Below, piece after piece: positions 29,138-39,283 of a stretch of DNA of 64,000 nt. Origin of the DNA: Patescibacteria group bacterium (GTDB lineage Bacteria > Patescibacteriota > Patescibacteriia > UM-FILTER-42-10); NCBI GenBank assembly GCA_041666845.1, contig JBAYGC010000002.1, positions 12,499-76,498 of the forward strand. The letters are read 5' to 3'. The notes under the pieces are model-generated. The model did no database searches. It was not told where the DNA came from and saw only the letters and a list, made by a program, of their open reading frames with translations. The position numbers and the translations under genes were made by a program. Positions within the stretch are counted from its first letter, which is position 1; each line of letters starts with the position of its first letter.

Positions 29138-29755
29138 ATGAAGAATATTCCCAAAGCTTCGCCGGCAGTGCGCGCGGTCGTAGCGGTCATATTAGTAGCA
29201 GGTATTAGTGTGACGTATCTTGTGAAAACTAAGCCGCTGATGTTTAATTTTGTAGCAGAAAAGATTGGAAGCATCGTTACACCCAAACAGCCACTTAATA
29301 ACGAACTGACGCCGGCACGCGATCTGCGTGGTAGCTGGAAGTCATCATTACTAGGAAAAGGCCTGCAGTTATACGGAAGACATACTACTGACGGAGCAAT
29401 CACTGATGTTTATGAAGATGGCGATATTGAACTGATTATTAATGATGTTAAAGATAATGTTGCAGTCGGCACAATGCGTTATACTAATCTTTGCAGTTGG
29501 GGAGAAACCACGGTCACCATTCCGGGCGCAGAAAGAGTCATTAGTGTGCCCAAAACCTGTGTTGCCGATACTGGCCAACAGGAAATCAGTATCCGAGTAA
29601 GTTCAAGCGCTCTGGATTTTGGAACAGTTTCTGTTGACGGTGTCACGGCAACCATGCAAGGCAGTTTTACAACCGATATTATGTCCGGCTCAATGACAGT
29701 GACTATGCCCGGAGGAATACTTAAGGGCACTTTCAATCTGTCACGACAGAAATAA
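29138..29755 (+). CDS. Membrane-anchored/secreted beta-rich hypothetical protein
   Basis: N-terminal hydrophobic helix, Thr/Gly-rich body, two Cys. Confidence 0.75.
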   Translation: MKNIPKASPAVRAVVAVILVAGISVTYLVKTKPLMFNFVAEKIGSIVTPKQPLNNELTPARDLRGSWKSSLLGKGLQLYGRHTTDGAITDVYEDGDIELIINDVKDNVAVGTMRYTNLCSWGETTVTIPGAERVISVPKTCVADTGQQEISIRVSSSALDFGTVSVDGVTATMQGSFTTDIMSGSMTVTMPGGILKGTFNLSRQK

Positions 29756-29815
29756 TTTATCACAGACTAATTTAATAAAATATTAGCTGAACTTTAGCTG
29801 ATTGCCAGATAAATA

Positions 29816-30817
29816 TCAAGCTATATTTTTGCTTTCGATTTTATCGCTTTCATCCTCTATCTCCCCCACCAATTCTTCCAACAGATCTTCCAGGGTGGCG
29901 ATACCGACCGCTTTTTGTTGCTTATCAACTACTACGGCAATATGGACGTGGGTTCTTTGAAAAATTTTGAATAAATATTTTATCTTAAAATCCTCATCAA
30001 CAATAATCGGTTTTTTTGCGACCTGCCTAATTTGAATATTGCCCTTATTCTTCACTAATTCCCGAGCGATATCTTTTACTAGAGCGATCCCTGCAATTTC
30101 CCGTTTATCTGATTCATAAACCGGCACACGCGAATAGCCGCTCAAAACAATTTCACTCATCGCATCCGAAATCGTCTTCTGACCGAAAAGCATAAACACG
30201 TTTTTTAACGGCACCATTATCTCCTTGGCGGATATATCACTGAACTTTAGCGCCCGGTTCATAATATATTGCTCATGCGGCTCAATCACGTTTTTCTCCA
30301 CGCCGAACTGAATCATCTCCTTGATTTCGGTTTCAGTAATCAGCTCCTGGTCCTGTACCCTAACCATCTTGTGCATCATGCTTGTTATCCACTCCAAAAA
30401 CCAGGTTATCGGGAAGATAATAACTCCGAACAAATATATGGGACGTGAGATCCATAAGGCAATTCTTCCCGCGTATCTGTTAGCAAAAGTTTTTGGCGTA
30501 ATTTCACTAAAAATCAATATAAGCAAGGTCAATAAGCCGGTTGCCAAGCCCAGTGCGGCGGAACCGAAAGTATCATTCACAATAATTGACGTAAGCGAGG
30601 CGGCTGAAATGTTTGCCACGTTATTGCCGATCAAAACGACAATGATCATTCTTCTTGGATTCTTTTTAAGTTTATGCAGAGTTCCGGCCCCTCTTTTTTT
30701 CTGTTTCAAATACGTGCGCACCTTAACATCGGTCACCGAAAGCAAAGCAACTTCCGCCGCGGAAAAGAACCCAGCGAGTGCCAATAGTACAATTAATATA
30801 AAAACATTGATTAGCAT
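29816..30817 (-). CDS. CNNM/DUF21 + CBS (hemolysin family) protein
   Basis: FFS.AE.A, IGNN, EITPK, SRVPVY, LEDLLEELVG. Confidence 0.93.
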   Translation of the reverse strand: MLINVFILIVLLALAGFFSAAEVALLSVTDVKVRTYLKQKKRGAGTLHKLKKNPRRMIIVVLIGNNVANISAASLTSIIVNDTFGSAALGLATGLLTLLILIFSEITPKTFANRYAGRIALWISRPIYLFGVIIFPITWFLEWITSMMHKMVRVQDQELITETEIKEMIQFGVEKNVIEPHEQYIMNRALKFSDISAKEIMVPLKNVFMLFGQKTISDAMSEIVLSGYSRVPVYESDKREIAGIALVKDIARELVKNKGNIQIRQVAKKPIIVDEDFKIKYLFKIFQRTHVHIAVVVDKQQKAVGIATLEDLLEELVGEIEDESDKIESKNIA

Positions 30818-30819
30818 AT

Positions 30820-31398
30820 TTATTTTATTACCTCAACACCAAATTTTTTTAGCGCTCCCGTTAGTTTGTAAATCGGCAGTCCGACAATACTGAAAAAGTC
30901 CCCTTCCAATTTACGGATCAGTACAGCGCCATATCCCTGCACAGCAAACGCCCCCGCTTTATCCAAAGGTTCCCGCGTTCTAATATACCAATCTATTTCC
31001 ATGGGCGACAGTTTCTTGATAAAAACCTTAGCGGTACTATAGTCAGAGTGTTTCCTTTTCGTCTTCGCGTCAACTATAGCAAATCCGGTAATAACACTGA
31101 CGGCCTTTCCGCTGATCATTTTCAGCATTTTTCGAGCATCTGCTTTGTCTTTTGGCTTGCCTAAAAGTTTCTTGCCAAGAACCACAAATGTATCCGCGCC
31201 GATCACAACCCCGCTGCTGTGCTTTTCCGCCACTGCTTTAGCTTTATTCACAGCCAAATGTTTAGCCAGATCAATCGGTAATAGTTTCAGACCCATATCT
31301 TCAGTATATTGACTGTCTTCCACGGAAAATTTTATATTCAATTTTTTCAGCAGTTCAATCCTCCGGGGAGATGTTGAAGCGAGAATAATCTTTTTCAT
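30820..31398 (-). CDS. maf: Maf nucleotide pyrophosphatase
   Basis: ILASTSPRR, GADT, LGKP, DKAG, GLP. Confidence 0.95.
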   Translation of the reverse strand: MKKIILASTSPRRIELLKKLNIKFSVEDSQYTEDMGLKLLPIDLAKHLAVNKAKAVAEKHSSGVVIGADTFVVLGKKLLGKPKDKADARKMLKMISGKAVSVITGFAIVDAKTKRKHSDYSTAKVFIKKLSPMEIDWYIRTREPLDKAGAFAVQGYGAVLIRKLEGDFFSIVGLPIYKLTGALKKFGVEVIK

Positions 31399-31399
31399 A

Positions 31400-32110
31400 T
31401 TAATATCGCACGTTTTTAGACATAATTTTTTTGAACAGATATATCGGCACAGTAACGATTAATGCAAAAAATTCCATTAACGCACCTAATGATACCACGC
31501 GACCCAGATATTTGTTAACCAATGTTGCCAGAGCTTCTTCACCAACACTGTAATGAATCATCAATCCGCCTAGAATTATAAGAAACAAAATTCCCCAGAT
31601 TGCGTTTTTAATATCAACGGTACTCGGAGCGATAGAGGCCGAAATGCCCGTGGCCAGATATAAAAATAGCCAAAACATCCAATCATTACTATATGATCTG
31701 AAAAAATCCAGCGCACTTTGAAAAAGCACGTTTACATTTTGTAAAAATGTTGCGGAGAAATCAATGTTCGGCAAAGCATTATGATAACCAAAGAGGACAA
31801 ACAGCCCCCATAATGACAGCGAACAGCCGACCAGCGGAGCAAGTCCAATTATGGGCTTACCGATAATCGGCACTCTTGGCTGTCCGTGCTCCACCTCTCC
31901 CCCTTCGGGAGCAAAAAACCTGATGCGTACAATACGTGCGCGAACTAATACGCAGGCGATTGCGTGGCTCAACTCATGAATGATTATCCCGAGTGTGATA
32001 AACCAGCGATAGCCATGTCTGGGAAAAATTCTGCTCCACAAAAAATCCAACAAAAAACTGAATATAATCAACAGTGCAAACCACATCAGAAACGCCAGAT
32101 AGTTTGACAT
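31400..32110 (-). CDS. M50-like membrane metallopeptidase
   Basis: HELSH, G.AP, PS..D. Confidence 0.75.
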   Translation of the reverse strand: MSNYLAFLMWFALLIIFSFLLDFLWSRIFPRHGYRWFITLGIIIHELSHAIACVLVRARIVRIRFFAPEGGEVEHGQPRVPIIGKPIIGLAPLVGCSLSLWGLFVLFGYHNALPNIDFSATFLQNVNVLFQSALDFFRSYSNDWMFWLFLYLATGISASIAPSTVDIKNAIWGILFLIILGGLMIHYSVGEEALATLVNKYLGRVVSLGALMEFFALIVTVPIYLFKKIMSKNVRY

Positions 32111-32129
32111 ATGATTATTCAGTTAATAA

Positions 32130-32594
32130 TTATTGGCCGATATATGAACTTTGAACTCTGAAGGCGCTCGTACTGGTTGCTCCGGCCGATTCAAAATATT
32201 CGCCGGCTTGATTTACAAGTCTAATTCTGAGGATATAATCGCCCTCATCGACCGTTCTGACCATCTGGCTACCGCCTTTGCTTAGGACGTTATATGATCC
32301 GGACACGATTATTAACGTTTCTCCATTTTTTATCAATTCCAGCTCAACTCTTTGCACTGCCTGAGTTTCTCCGGACAATACGTATTGAGCAACTAACGGA
32401 CCTGGATTCATAACCGCGCTATTTGCCGGAGACAATATTTGTACAGAAGGCTCCTCGTCAACCGTAATTGCTTCCTTCACATTCGAGTTGTTATTATTTT
32501 CATCCCTAAAATAATTATTCTGGTCAAACCATGTCCATGTCAAAACTAGTGCTGATAATACGGCAATGATAATTATGATTTTTTTATTGGTCAT
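32130..32594 (-). CDS. Membrane-anchored Ig-like hypothetical protein
   Basis: N-terminal TM, PSVQILSP, G.Y.L. Confidence 0.7.
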   Translation of the reverse strand: MTNKKIIIIIAVLSALVLTWTWFDQNNYFRDENNNNSNVKEAITVDEEPSVQILSPANSAVMNPGPLVAQYVLSGETQAVQRVELELIKNGETLIIVSGSYNVLSKGGSQMVRTVDEGDYILRIRLVNQAGEYFESAGATSTSAFRVQSSYIGQ

Positions 32595-32944
32595 TATGAT
32601 AATCCTAATTCAGCTTTAGCATTTTCTTTTACCATATCTGGCGTCCAAGGCGGATCCCAGACCAAGAACACCTTAACCTTATCCACATTTGGTAACTTTT
32701 CCAGCACATCTTGAGCTTGTCTGGTAATCGGTCCGGCCAGCGGACACCCAGGAAAAGTCAAAGTCATCTTAAGCGTAACGGAATTATTTCGAACAGTTAG
32801 TTGATAAACAAGTCCCAGATCAACGATATTAATCCCCAATTCCGGATCCATCACTTCCCTTAACGCTTCTTCGGCAGTTTTTTTTGTTATTTTGTCTTTA
32901 ATCTTTTTGATGGGCTTATTCTTATTCATATCGCAAGGCATCAA
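32594..32944 (-). CDS. DUF59/SufT metal-sulfur cluster assembly factor
   Basis: DPELGINIVDLGLVY, TLT.PGCP, WDPPW. Confidence 0.92.
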   Translation of the reverse strand: MMPCDMNKNKPIKKIKDKITKKTAEEALREVMDPELGINIVDLGLVYQLTVRNNSVTLKMTLTFPGCPLAGPITRQAQDVLEKLPNVDKVKVFLVWDPPWTPDMVKENAKAELGLS

Positions 32945-34160
32945 TCGGATTTTTTCTAGCGGCTTTTGATGCCGGCATAATACCGAATACTATCCCGACA
33001 AAAACAGAAACGCCGAAAGCTAAAGCCAGCGAATAAACAGTAATTAACGCCGGGATACCGTAGTATTTGGTAATTAGTTGCGTTACCACATAAGCAAGGC
33101 CGACCCCTATAAATCCGCCCAGTAGACTCAAGACGCTAGATTCTATTAAAAACTGGGACAGAATGTTCATGCCCGATGCGCCAAGTGCTTTTCGAATGCC
33201 GATCTCTCTTGTCCGCTCCGTTACAGACACTAGCATGATATTCATGATTCCAATACCACCGACAATTAATGATATCGCGGCTATGCCAACAATCGCGTTG
33301 GTTAAAATGCCAAAAAAATCATCAAAGAGATCCAGCATATCGTCAGTTGTTAATACTGAAAAATCCTTTATTCCTTTGTGGCGTTCTAACATTAGATCAT
33401 TGATTATATCAACTCCTGGGGCAACCGCTTCGGTCGAATTGAAATTGATCATTATCCTGAAAATATTCAGTGCTTCAAGTGTATCCTCAGCCGTACTGAT
33501 TGGTATAGTATACGCTTCGTGCAGATTCGGCATCTGACTTGTCATCATATTGCTATCCTCGCCACCACCGCTTAAAAACCCCACTTCGGTTTCCACGACT
33601 CCAATCACCTCAAATTCTTCTTCTAAAACTTTTACTTTCTGTCCGATTGGCGATCCTTCAAAATCGCGCTTTGCGGCATCACGACCAACAAGTATTACTT
33701 TCGCTTTATTTTTAATATCCTCTGCAGAAATATATCTTCCTTCAGTAGACTTAATATCAACTATTTTATTCATCTGATCGTTTGTTGCTAAAACCATCGG
33801 CAGATAAGGATTGCCTACTGGAGGAGTTACAGCACTTGGCACAATCATGAGCGGTGCAACTGCTTTCACATTTTCCACCTCGCTAATTGCATCCACATCC
33901 CCCATTGTTAATGAAGACATACTCATAAATGAAGTCGGATTCATTTCACCATTAGTAATATCCCCTGCGATCACAGCTGCTAAATTTCCGCCTAACGAAT
34001 CAACTGCACCGGTAAATTCTTGCTTTACCCCGTCTCCGATACTGACTAATGTGATAACAGAAAATACTCCTATAATAATGCCGAGCATAGTCAATACGGA
34101 CCGCATGCGATTGGCCCAGATTGCTGATAATGCAAAGCGGATACTTTCAAAGATGTTCAT
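32922..34160 (-). CDS. MacB/FtsX-type ABC permease
   Basis: RS.LT.LGIIIG, VTERTREIGIRKA.GA, PIDALRYE. Confidence 0.95.
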   Translation of the reverse strand: MNIFESIRFALSAIWANRMRSVLTMLGIIIGVFSVITLVSIGDGVKQEFTGAVDSLGGNLAAVIAGDITNGEMNPTSFMSMSSLTMGDVDAISEVENVKAVAPLMIVPSAVTPPVGNPYLPMVLATNDQMNKIVDIKSTEGRYISAEDIKNKAKVILVGRDAAKRDFEGSPIGQKVKVLEEEFEVIGVVETEVGFLSGGGEDSNMMTSQMPNLHEAYTIPISTAEDTLEALNIFRIMINFNSTEAVAPGVDIINDLMLERHKGIKDFSVLTTDDMLDLFDDFFGILTNAIVGIAAISLIVGGIGIMNIMLVSVTERTREIGIRKALGASGMNILSQFLIESSVLSLLGGFIGVGLAYVVTQLITKYYGIPALITVYSLALAFGVSVFVGIVFGIMPASKAARKNPIDALRYE

Positions 34161-34843
34161 ACATTTGCTCCTTCCAATTCGCCGTCCACAATTCTTATTG
34201 TTTTATTCGCCCACTTTGCTATCTCCGGATCGTGAGTAACTATTAGCAATGTCGTTCCTTTTTGATTAGCCGCTTTCAGTAGTTCCATAATTTCCCTTCC
34301 TGTTTTAGTATCTAAATTGCCGGTCGGCTCGTCCGCTAAAATTATCTCCGGTTGATTGACTAAAGCTCTGGCGATTGCCGCCCTTTGTGCTTCGCCACCG
34401 GAAAGCTCATTCGGCTTATGATGCATTCGCTCGGTGATTCCCACCGACTTTATTGCATCCAATACTTTTTGTTTTCTTTTAGCTCTTGGCTCTTTGGCAT
34501 AAATTAGTGGGAGCTCGACATTTTTATAAACCGAATACCTCGGCAATAGGTTATAGCTTTGGAAAATGAATCCGATTTTCTTTCCGCGCATTTTTGGAAA
34601 TTCTCGTTTGGCAATTTCCAATATATTCTGACCATCTAGTTCGTATAAACCGTCTGTCGGCCAGTCTAATAGACCGATAATGTTCATCAACGATGATTTA
34701 CCCGACCCCGACGGACCCATAAATGCAATAAAATCCCCTTTTTCTATTTCGAGGGAAACACGTTTAATTACCGGAAGAAATCTTTTCTTGCCTAATTGAT
34801 ATGACTTATCAATTTTATGTAGCTTAATTACTGGTTTTGCCAT
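34157..34843 (-). CDS. ABC ATP-binding protein (LolD/MacB-like)
   Basis: GPSGSGKS, LSGGE, DEPTGNLD. Confidence 0.96.
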   Translation of the reverse strand: MAKPVIKLHKIDKSYQLGKKRFLPVIKRVSLEIEKGDFIAFMGPSGSGKSSLMNIIGLLDWPTDGLYELDGQNILEIAKREFPKMRGKKIGFIFQSYNLLPRYSVYKNVELPLIYAKEPRAKRKQKVLDAIKSVGITERMHHKPNELSGGEAQRAAIARALVNQPEIILADEPTGNLDTKTGREIMELLKAANQKGTTLLIVTHDPEIAKWANKTIRIVDGELEGANV

Positions 34844-35119
34844 CTATTTATTTCTTTTAACTATCAGGAAAATAAAACTAATGAACAAAGTTACGAGCGT
34901 AATTAGTTCAGCGAACATTATTGACACCGGGCTGGTTTGCACAAAAAATATTCTTGAAATGTAGTATATCGCGCCAAAAACAATTATATTGAGAACTACC
35001 AGATACGCAAACTTCATTACCAGCGACATATGACCTGCCGGAAGCATTCTTTCAGGATTCTCCTCCTGTTTATTAAACATTTTAGTCGAATTATTTTTTA
35101 CACTGTTTTTTCCAGCCAT
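34844..35119 (-). CDS. Small 2-TM hypothetical protein
   Basis: Abuts ABC gene; two hydrophobic helices. Confidence 0.7.
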   Translation of the reverse strand: MAGKNSVKNNSTKMFNKQEENPERMLPAGHMSLVMKFAYLVVLNIIVFGAIYYISRIFFVQTSPVSIMFAELITLVTLFISFIFLIVKRNK

Positions 35120-35155
35120 TGAATTATTATTAATGGTTAACTTTAATATTATAGC

Positions 35156-36085
35156 TTATTTCGCCACCAATTTCAACAATTTCACCCCCACAGAATATGG
35201 GACGGTTCTGTTCTTTGCAATATGTCCTAGTGGTAATCCTGGAATTTTTTTATTATGAAAATCACTGCCACCGGTAACATGGAGATTATTACGCTCAGCA
35301 AATTTCAGCAGATTTTTAATATCCTTTATATAATGATCCGACGCATAAGCTTCTACTCCATCTAAACCCATCTTTTTTAATGCAAGCAGATTATTTGACC
35401 ATGTTCCTTTTACCGGCCACAGGGATAAATCCGGGGAATATCTTCTGCCTAGTGGATGGGAAATAAATGCAAACCCTCCCGCATCATGGATCAGTTTGAT
35501 CACCTGTCTGGCGGTAAGATTCTTTTTTTCTGCATATGCGACTGCGCCCTTAACCAAATATTTTGCAATAAACTCAGAACGGTCAGGTATAAACCCGAAA
35601 TTTTTAATCAATATTTTATTATTCCTTTTGTCAAATATCACCTGGTCAGCAAGGTGCGGACGTCCGATAATTTTTTCAGCCCTTTTCTTTACCCCAACAT
35701 AACTGACCACATAACCAAGCCGGTTAAGATTAGAAATCATCTTTTTAATGCGGGCAATTCTGCCTTTTACATAAAACTGCCCGGCTTTTTTTATCGCAAC
35801 GTGCTGATAATCAAATCCGTATCCTAATAAATGTAATTCTTCCCCTTTAAAGGTAACTGTTATCTCAATTCCGGAAATAAACGGAAAACCGTATTGCTTA
35901 GCCGCTTTTTCGACCTCATACATACCATCAGCAGAATCATGATCACAGACAACCAGTATTTTTACACCGGACTTTTTCGCCATACGAAAAAGCTCTGATG
36001 GCGTCAATGATCCGTCAGAGTAAACAGAATGCACCTGCAAATCAACCAGTTTCTTTTTGCTTTTCATTATATTATTATATCTCAT
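35156..36085 (-). CDS. PHP-domain phosphoesterase (TrpH/YciV-like)
   Basis: H..YSDG, DHD, GRPH, HP, GGSDFH. Confidence 0.92.
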   Translation of the reverse strand: MRYNNIMKSKKKLVDLQVHSVYSDGSLTPSELFRMAKKSGVKILVVCDHDSADGMYEVEKAAKQYGFPFISGIEITVTFKGEELHLLGYGFDYQHVAIKKAGQFYVKGRIARIKKMISNLNRLGYVVSYVGVKKRAEKIIGRPHLADQVIFDKRNNKILIKNFGFIPDRSEFIAKYLVKGAVAYAEKKNLTARQVIKLIHDAGGFAFISHPLGRRYSPDLSLWPVKGTWSNNLLALKKMGLDGVEAYASDHYIKDIKNLLKFAERNNLHVTGGSDFHNKKIPGLPLGHIAKNRTVPYSVGVKLLKLVAK

Positions 36086-36097
36086 TTTACAGAATAA

Positions 36098-36199
36098 ATC
36101 CCGTTAGAAGCTACGTGAGGTATTAAAACCCGTATTCTCTATACCTTATATCCATTCATCCCCGTAGCGAGGTGTGAGGTATCCTGCTTCTAACGGGAT
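36098..36199. repeat. MITE-like element with 14-bp terminal inverted repeats
   Basis: ATCCCGTTAGAAGC ... GCTTCTAACGGGAT. Confidence 0.75.
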
Positions 36200-36262
36200 A
36201 AAAAAACCTGTCAAAACTTCCGCAGTTAAGACAGGGTCAGTGAAAAATGTGCAAACCGCCCA

Positions 36263-37855
36263 CTAGTGCCAGAACATCCGACGGCCGGTGAAGAGCATGG
36301 CGATGCCCAGCTCGTCCGCGGCCTTGATTGAGTCCTGGTCGCGCATCGATCCGCCCTGCTGGACGATCGTCTTGATGCCGAACTCGGCCGCCAGGCGCAC
36401 GCAGTCGTCGAACGGGAAGAAGCTGTCCGATACCAGCACAGCGTGGTGCAGATCCATGTTCTGCCCCTCCACGATGTTGCTGGCCTGCTCCAGCGCGAGC
36501 CGTGCCGACTTGATCCGGCTGGTCTGGCCGTTGCCGATGCCGATCGTCCGCTCCTTCCAGACCACGATCACGGAGTTGGACTTGACGTGCTTCGACACCT
36601 TGCAGCCGAACATAATATCCGGCCAGTAGCGATCCTTGATGCCGAGCTTGGTGACGCACCGGAACGACTTCCAGTCGAACGGCTCGGTGTCCATCCTCTG
36701 AACCACCATACCACCGGTCACCGGCTTGAAGTTCAGCATGCCCGGGGGCAGGCTGTTGGAAGTCAGCACACCCACCTCACCCAGCTTGAACAGCGGGGTC
36801 TGGGCCTTGGCGCGCTTCGCGGTGATGTGTTCGAGCGCACCCGGTGAGAATTCCAGTGCCACGATCGCATCCACCTTCTGCCTGCAGATCGCCTCGGCGA
36901 CTTCCTCCGTGACCACCGTGTTAATCACTACCACCCCACCGAACGCGGATTCCGGATCACACGCCATTGCGTTCTGGAAGGCACACAGCGTGCTGTCGCC
37001 GACGCCCACTCCGCACGGCGTACCGTGTTTGATGATGGCAGCTGCCAATTGCGGGTACAACTCGCGTACCGTCTCGATACCGGCGTTGATGTCCAGCACC
37101 GTCGTGGCCGAGAGCGACTTACCCCAGATCTGCCTGGCGTTCGCCGCAGTATAGCAATCCAGTCCGGGCTGTTCGTAGAGCGCCCCCGCCTGGTGCGGAT
37201 TCTCGCCGTAGCGCAGGTCGTGCTTCTTCCGCAGACGCTGAACCATCCGATCGGGGAAGCCGGGGAACCCGAGATGCCCTGCCAGCCAGTCAGAGATCGC
37301 GGCGTCATACCACGCAGTGTGGAGAAACGCCTCGTAGGCCAACTGCCGGCGCTCCGTATCGGTAAACCCCCACACGTTGATTCGCTTCAGCACCATACCA
37401 TACTGTTCGGGTGAGGTAACCACCACAACGTGCTGGTGATTCTTCGCGGCCGCGCGGATCAGTGCCACGCCACCAATGTCGATCTGCTCGATCGCGTCGT
37501 GGAACAGCACAGTTCCATCCGCCACCGTCTGCTCGAACGGATACAGATTGACGACGACCATGTCGAAGGGATAGATGCTGTGCTCGAACAGCTCTTGCAT
37601 GTGTCCTTCATCGTTCTGGTCCGCCAGAATTCCGCCGTGGATCTTCGGATGCAGAGTCTTCACCCGACCACCCAGAATCTCCGGAAAGCCGGTCACTTCT
37701 TCAACCGTCCTCACGGGAATCCCGGCTTCCGTCAGGTGCCTGGAAGTTCCGCCGGAAGAAACGATCTCCCAGCCGTGCTCAGCATGCACGCGGGCAAAGT
37801 CGATGATGCCGCGCTTGTCCGAAACGCTGATCAGAGCGCGCTGATTTGCTCGCAT
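36263..37855 (-). CDS. purH: Bifunctional AICAR transformylase/IMP cyclohydrolase
   Basis: ALISVSDK, GRVKTLHP, IDIGG, LRYGENPHQ, SD.FFPF; markedly GC-rich. Confidence 0.96.
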   Translation of the reverse strand: MRANQRALISVSDKRGIIDFARVHAEHGWEIVSSGGTSRHLTEAGIPVRTVEEVTGFPEILGGRVKTLHPKIHGGILADQNDEGHMQELFEHSIYPFDMVVVNLYPFEQTVADGTVLFHDAIEQIDIGGVALIRAAAKNHQHVVVVTSPEQYGMVLKRINVWGFTDTERRQLAYEAFLHTAWYDAAISDWLAGHLGFPGFPDRMVQRLRKKHDLRYGENPHQAGALYEQPGLDCYTAANARQIWGKSLSATTVLDINAGIETVRELYPQLAAAIIKHGTPCGVGVGDSTLCAFQNAMACDPESAFGGVVVINTVVTEEVAEAICRQKVDAIVALEFSPGALEHITAKRAKAQTPLFKLGEVGVLTSNSLPPGMLNFKPVTGGMVVQRMDTEPFDWKSFRCVTKLGIKDRYWPDIMFGCKVSKHVKSNSVIVVWKERTIGIGNGQTSRIKSARLALEQASNIVEGQNMDLHHAVLVSDSFFPFDDCVRLAAEFGIKTIVQQGGSMRDQDSIKAADELGIAMLFTGRRMFWH

Positions 37856-37992
37856 TTCTGCCCCTTTCGTGGCAAAACGTGAATGTTTACCCCAAACAAC
37901 CGTTTGGAAAACGGTTTTTTAACTTATCACTCCAAACGGCGCAAGTCAAATCAAAAACAGGTGATTTTCACCCGCTTTTAATTCAAAAAATC

Positions 37993-38496
37993 TTATTTTG
38001 ATCTGATCCAGTTATCCAGGCTGAACCGATTTTTATGGCTTAAAGTAACTAATCCCGCCATAATCATAAACAGCAGATCCCTGACATATGTACTCCAGTC
38101 CAATGCACTTTCGGAATCAAAACAGCCACAAGCAAGCGTGCCACCCCTGTACAGCGCAATCAGAATCGCAATCATAAAACTTAACAGCATCAGATTTACA
38201 ATCGTAACGCTGAACCTGGTAAACAACCCCGCGAGCACAGCAAACCCGAACGTCAGCTCAACCCAAGGCAGTGTATAGCCGTACCATGTTTCCAGCGGAT
38301 CAGGCAGAATATTATACCCCCTGACTGTCGCCATAAATTCATCCGGTGCCGGAATCTTTGACATGGCCGCCATAATGAAGATCGCACCTAGCAATATCCG
38401 GAAGATCAGTGTTGCATAATCATTCACAAATATTTTATTCATTCCGAATACTACTTTTTGATAAAACGACTTTTTTTGTATGTTAATATCGTTCAT
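37993..38496 (-). CDS. DoxX/MauE family membrane protein
   Basis: R..LG..F, LP..E, CGCF, RD. Confidence 0.88.
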   Translation of the reverse strand: MNDINIQKKSFYQKVVFGMNKIFVNDYATLIFRILLGAIFIMAAMSKIPAPDEFMATVRGYNILPDPLETWYGYTLPWVELTFGFAVLAGLFTRFSVTIVNLMLLSFMIAILIALYRGGTLACGCFDSESALDWSTYVRDLLFMIMAGLVTLSHKNRFSLDNWIRSK

Positions 38497-38514
38497 TCAA
38501 TTTTCCTTCTAGTT

Positions 38515-39282
38515 TTATTTATCTTTTTGGTTAAGCCATTTGATTATACCATCCGCTAATCTCTTTGAATCCTTATCCTGATGAAGCGTGTGTCCGGCAC
38601 CCTTAATCACCAACTTATTCTTTATTTTGGTATTCAGATCACTATAAAATTTTCTGTTCAGTTTTAAAATCCGCGGATCTTCGGCCGACCCATAAACCAT
38701 CAATACCGGGCATTCAATCTTGCTAACATACTTTGGCATATCGTATTTTCTTGCCTCATTATAAACTGCGATGCCGATTTTCACCTGCTTCTTCTGAATT
38801 GTGGAATATTCAAAAGCCCAACCTTGTTTTAGGAGCAGTGTAAAATTATCTCTCATTTCAAATACCGCCGGCACGTCATATGTTGGACTTTGCAGAATCA
38901 ATCTGCTGATTCGCCGGTCTCTACTCGCGATAACTGTTACTGCTGTACCACCGATCGAATAACCTACGAGAATATATTGCTTCTGATTCAAATACTTTAA
39001 AGTATGAGAAACAACTTGTTTAATATCCTGAACATAACCGCCAACTGTGAAATCAACCAGCTTGCCGGAACTCTTGCCCGTACTGTTGGTCGCATCAAGA
39101 CGTACAGTAGTAAAACCTTTCTCTCTGAGCGCACGTGCGACTTTGGCAACCTGTGGGGTTCCACCAAAAGAACGGTAGCCATGACATAAGACAACCAGCG
39201 GACCCGGCTTTTTACTTTTCCATTCAATTACCGCGTAAATTGTTTTTCCTTTTTTGTTTTTTATCCGGATTTCTTTTTTCAT
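38515..39282 (-). CDS. Alpha/beta hydrolase
   Basis: HG, GYSIGG nucleophile elbow, GAGH. Confidence 0.9.
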   Translation of the reverse strand: MKKEIRIKNKKGKTIYAVIEWKSKKPGPLVVLCHGYRSFGGTPQVAKVARALREKGFTTVRLDATNSTGKSSGKLVDFTVGGYVQDIKQVVSHTLKYLNQKQYILVGYSIGGTAVTVIASRDRRISRLILQSPTYDVPAVFEMRDNFTLLLKQGWAFEYSTIQKKQVKIGIAVYNEARKYDMPKYVSKIECPVLMVYGSAEDPRILKLNRKFYSDLNTKIKNKLVIKGAGHTLHQDKDSKRLADGIIKWLNQKDK

Positions 39283-39283
39283 G

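Noticed and set aside
36237-37882. Multiple long alternative-frame and antisense ORFs over purH
   Set aside because: Expected shadow ORFs of a GC-rich gene; no recognisable motifs.
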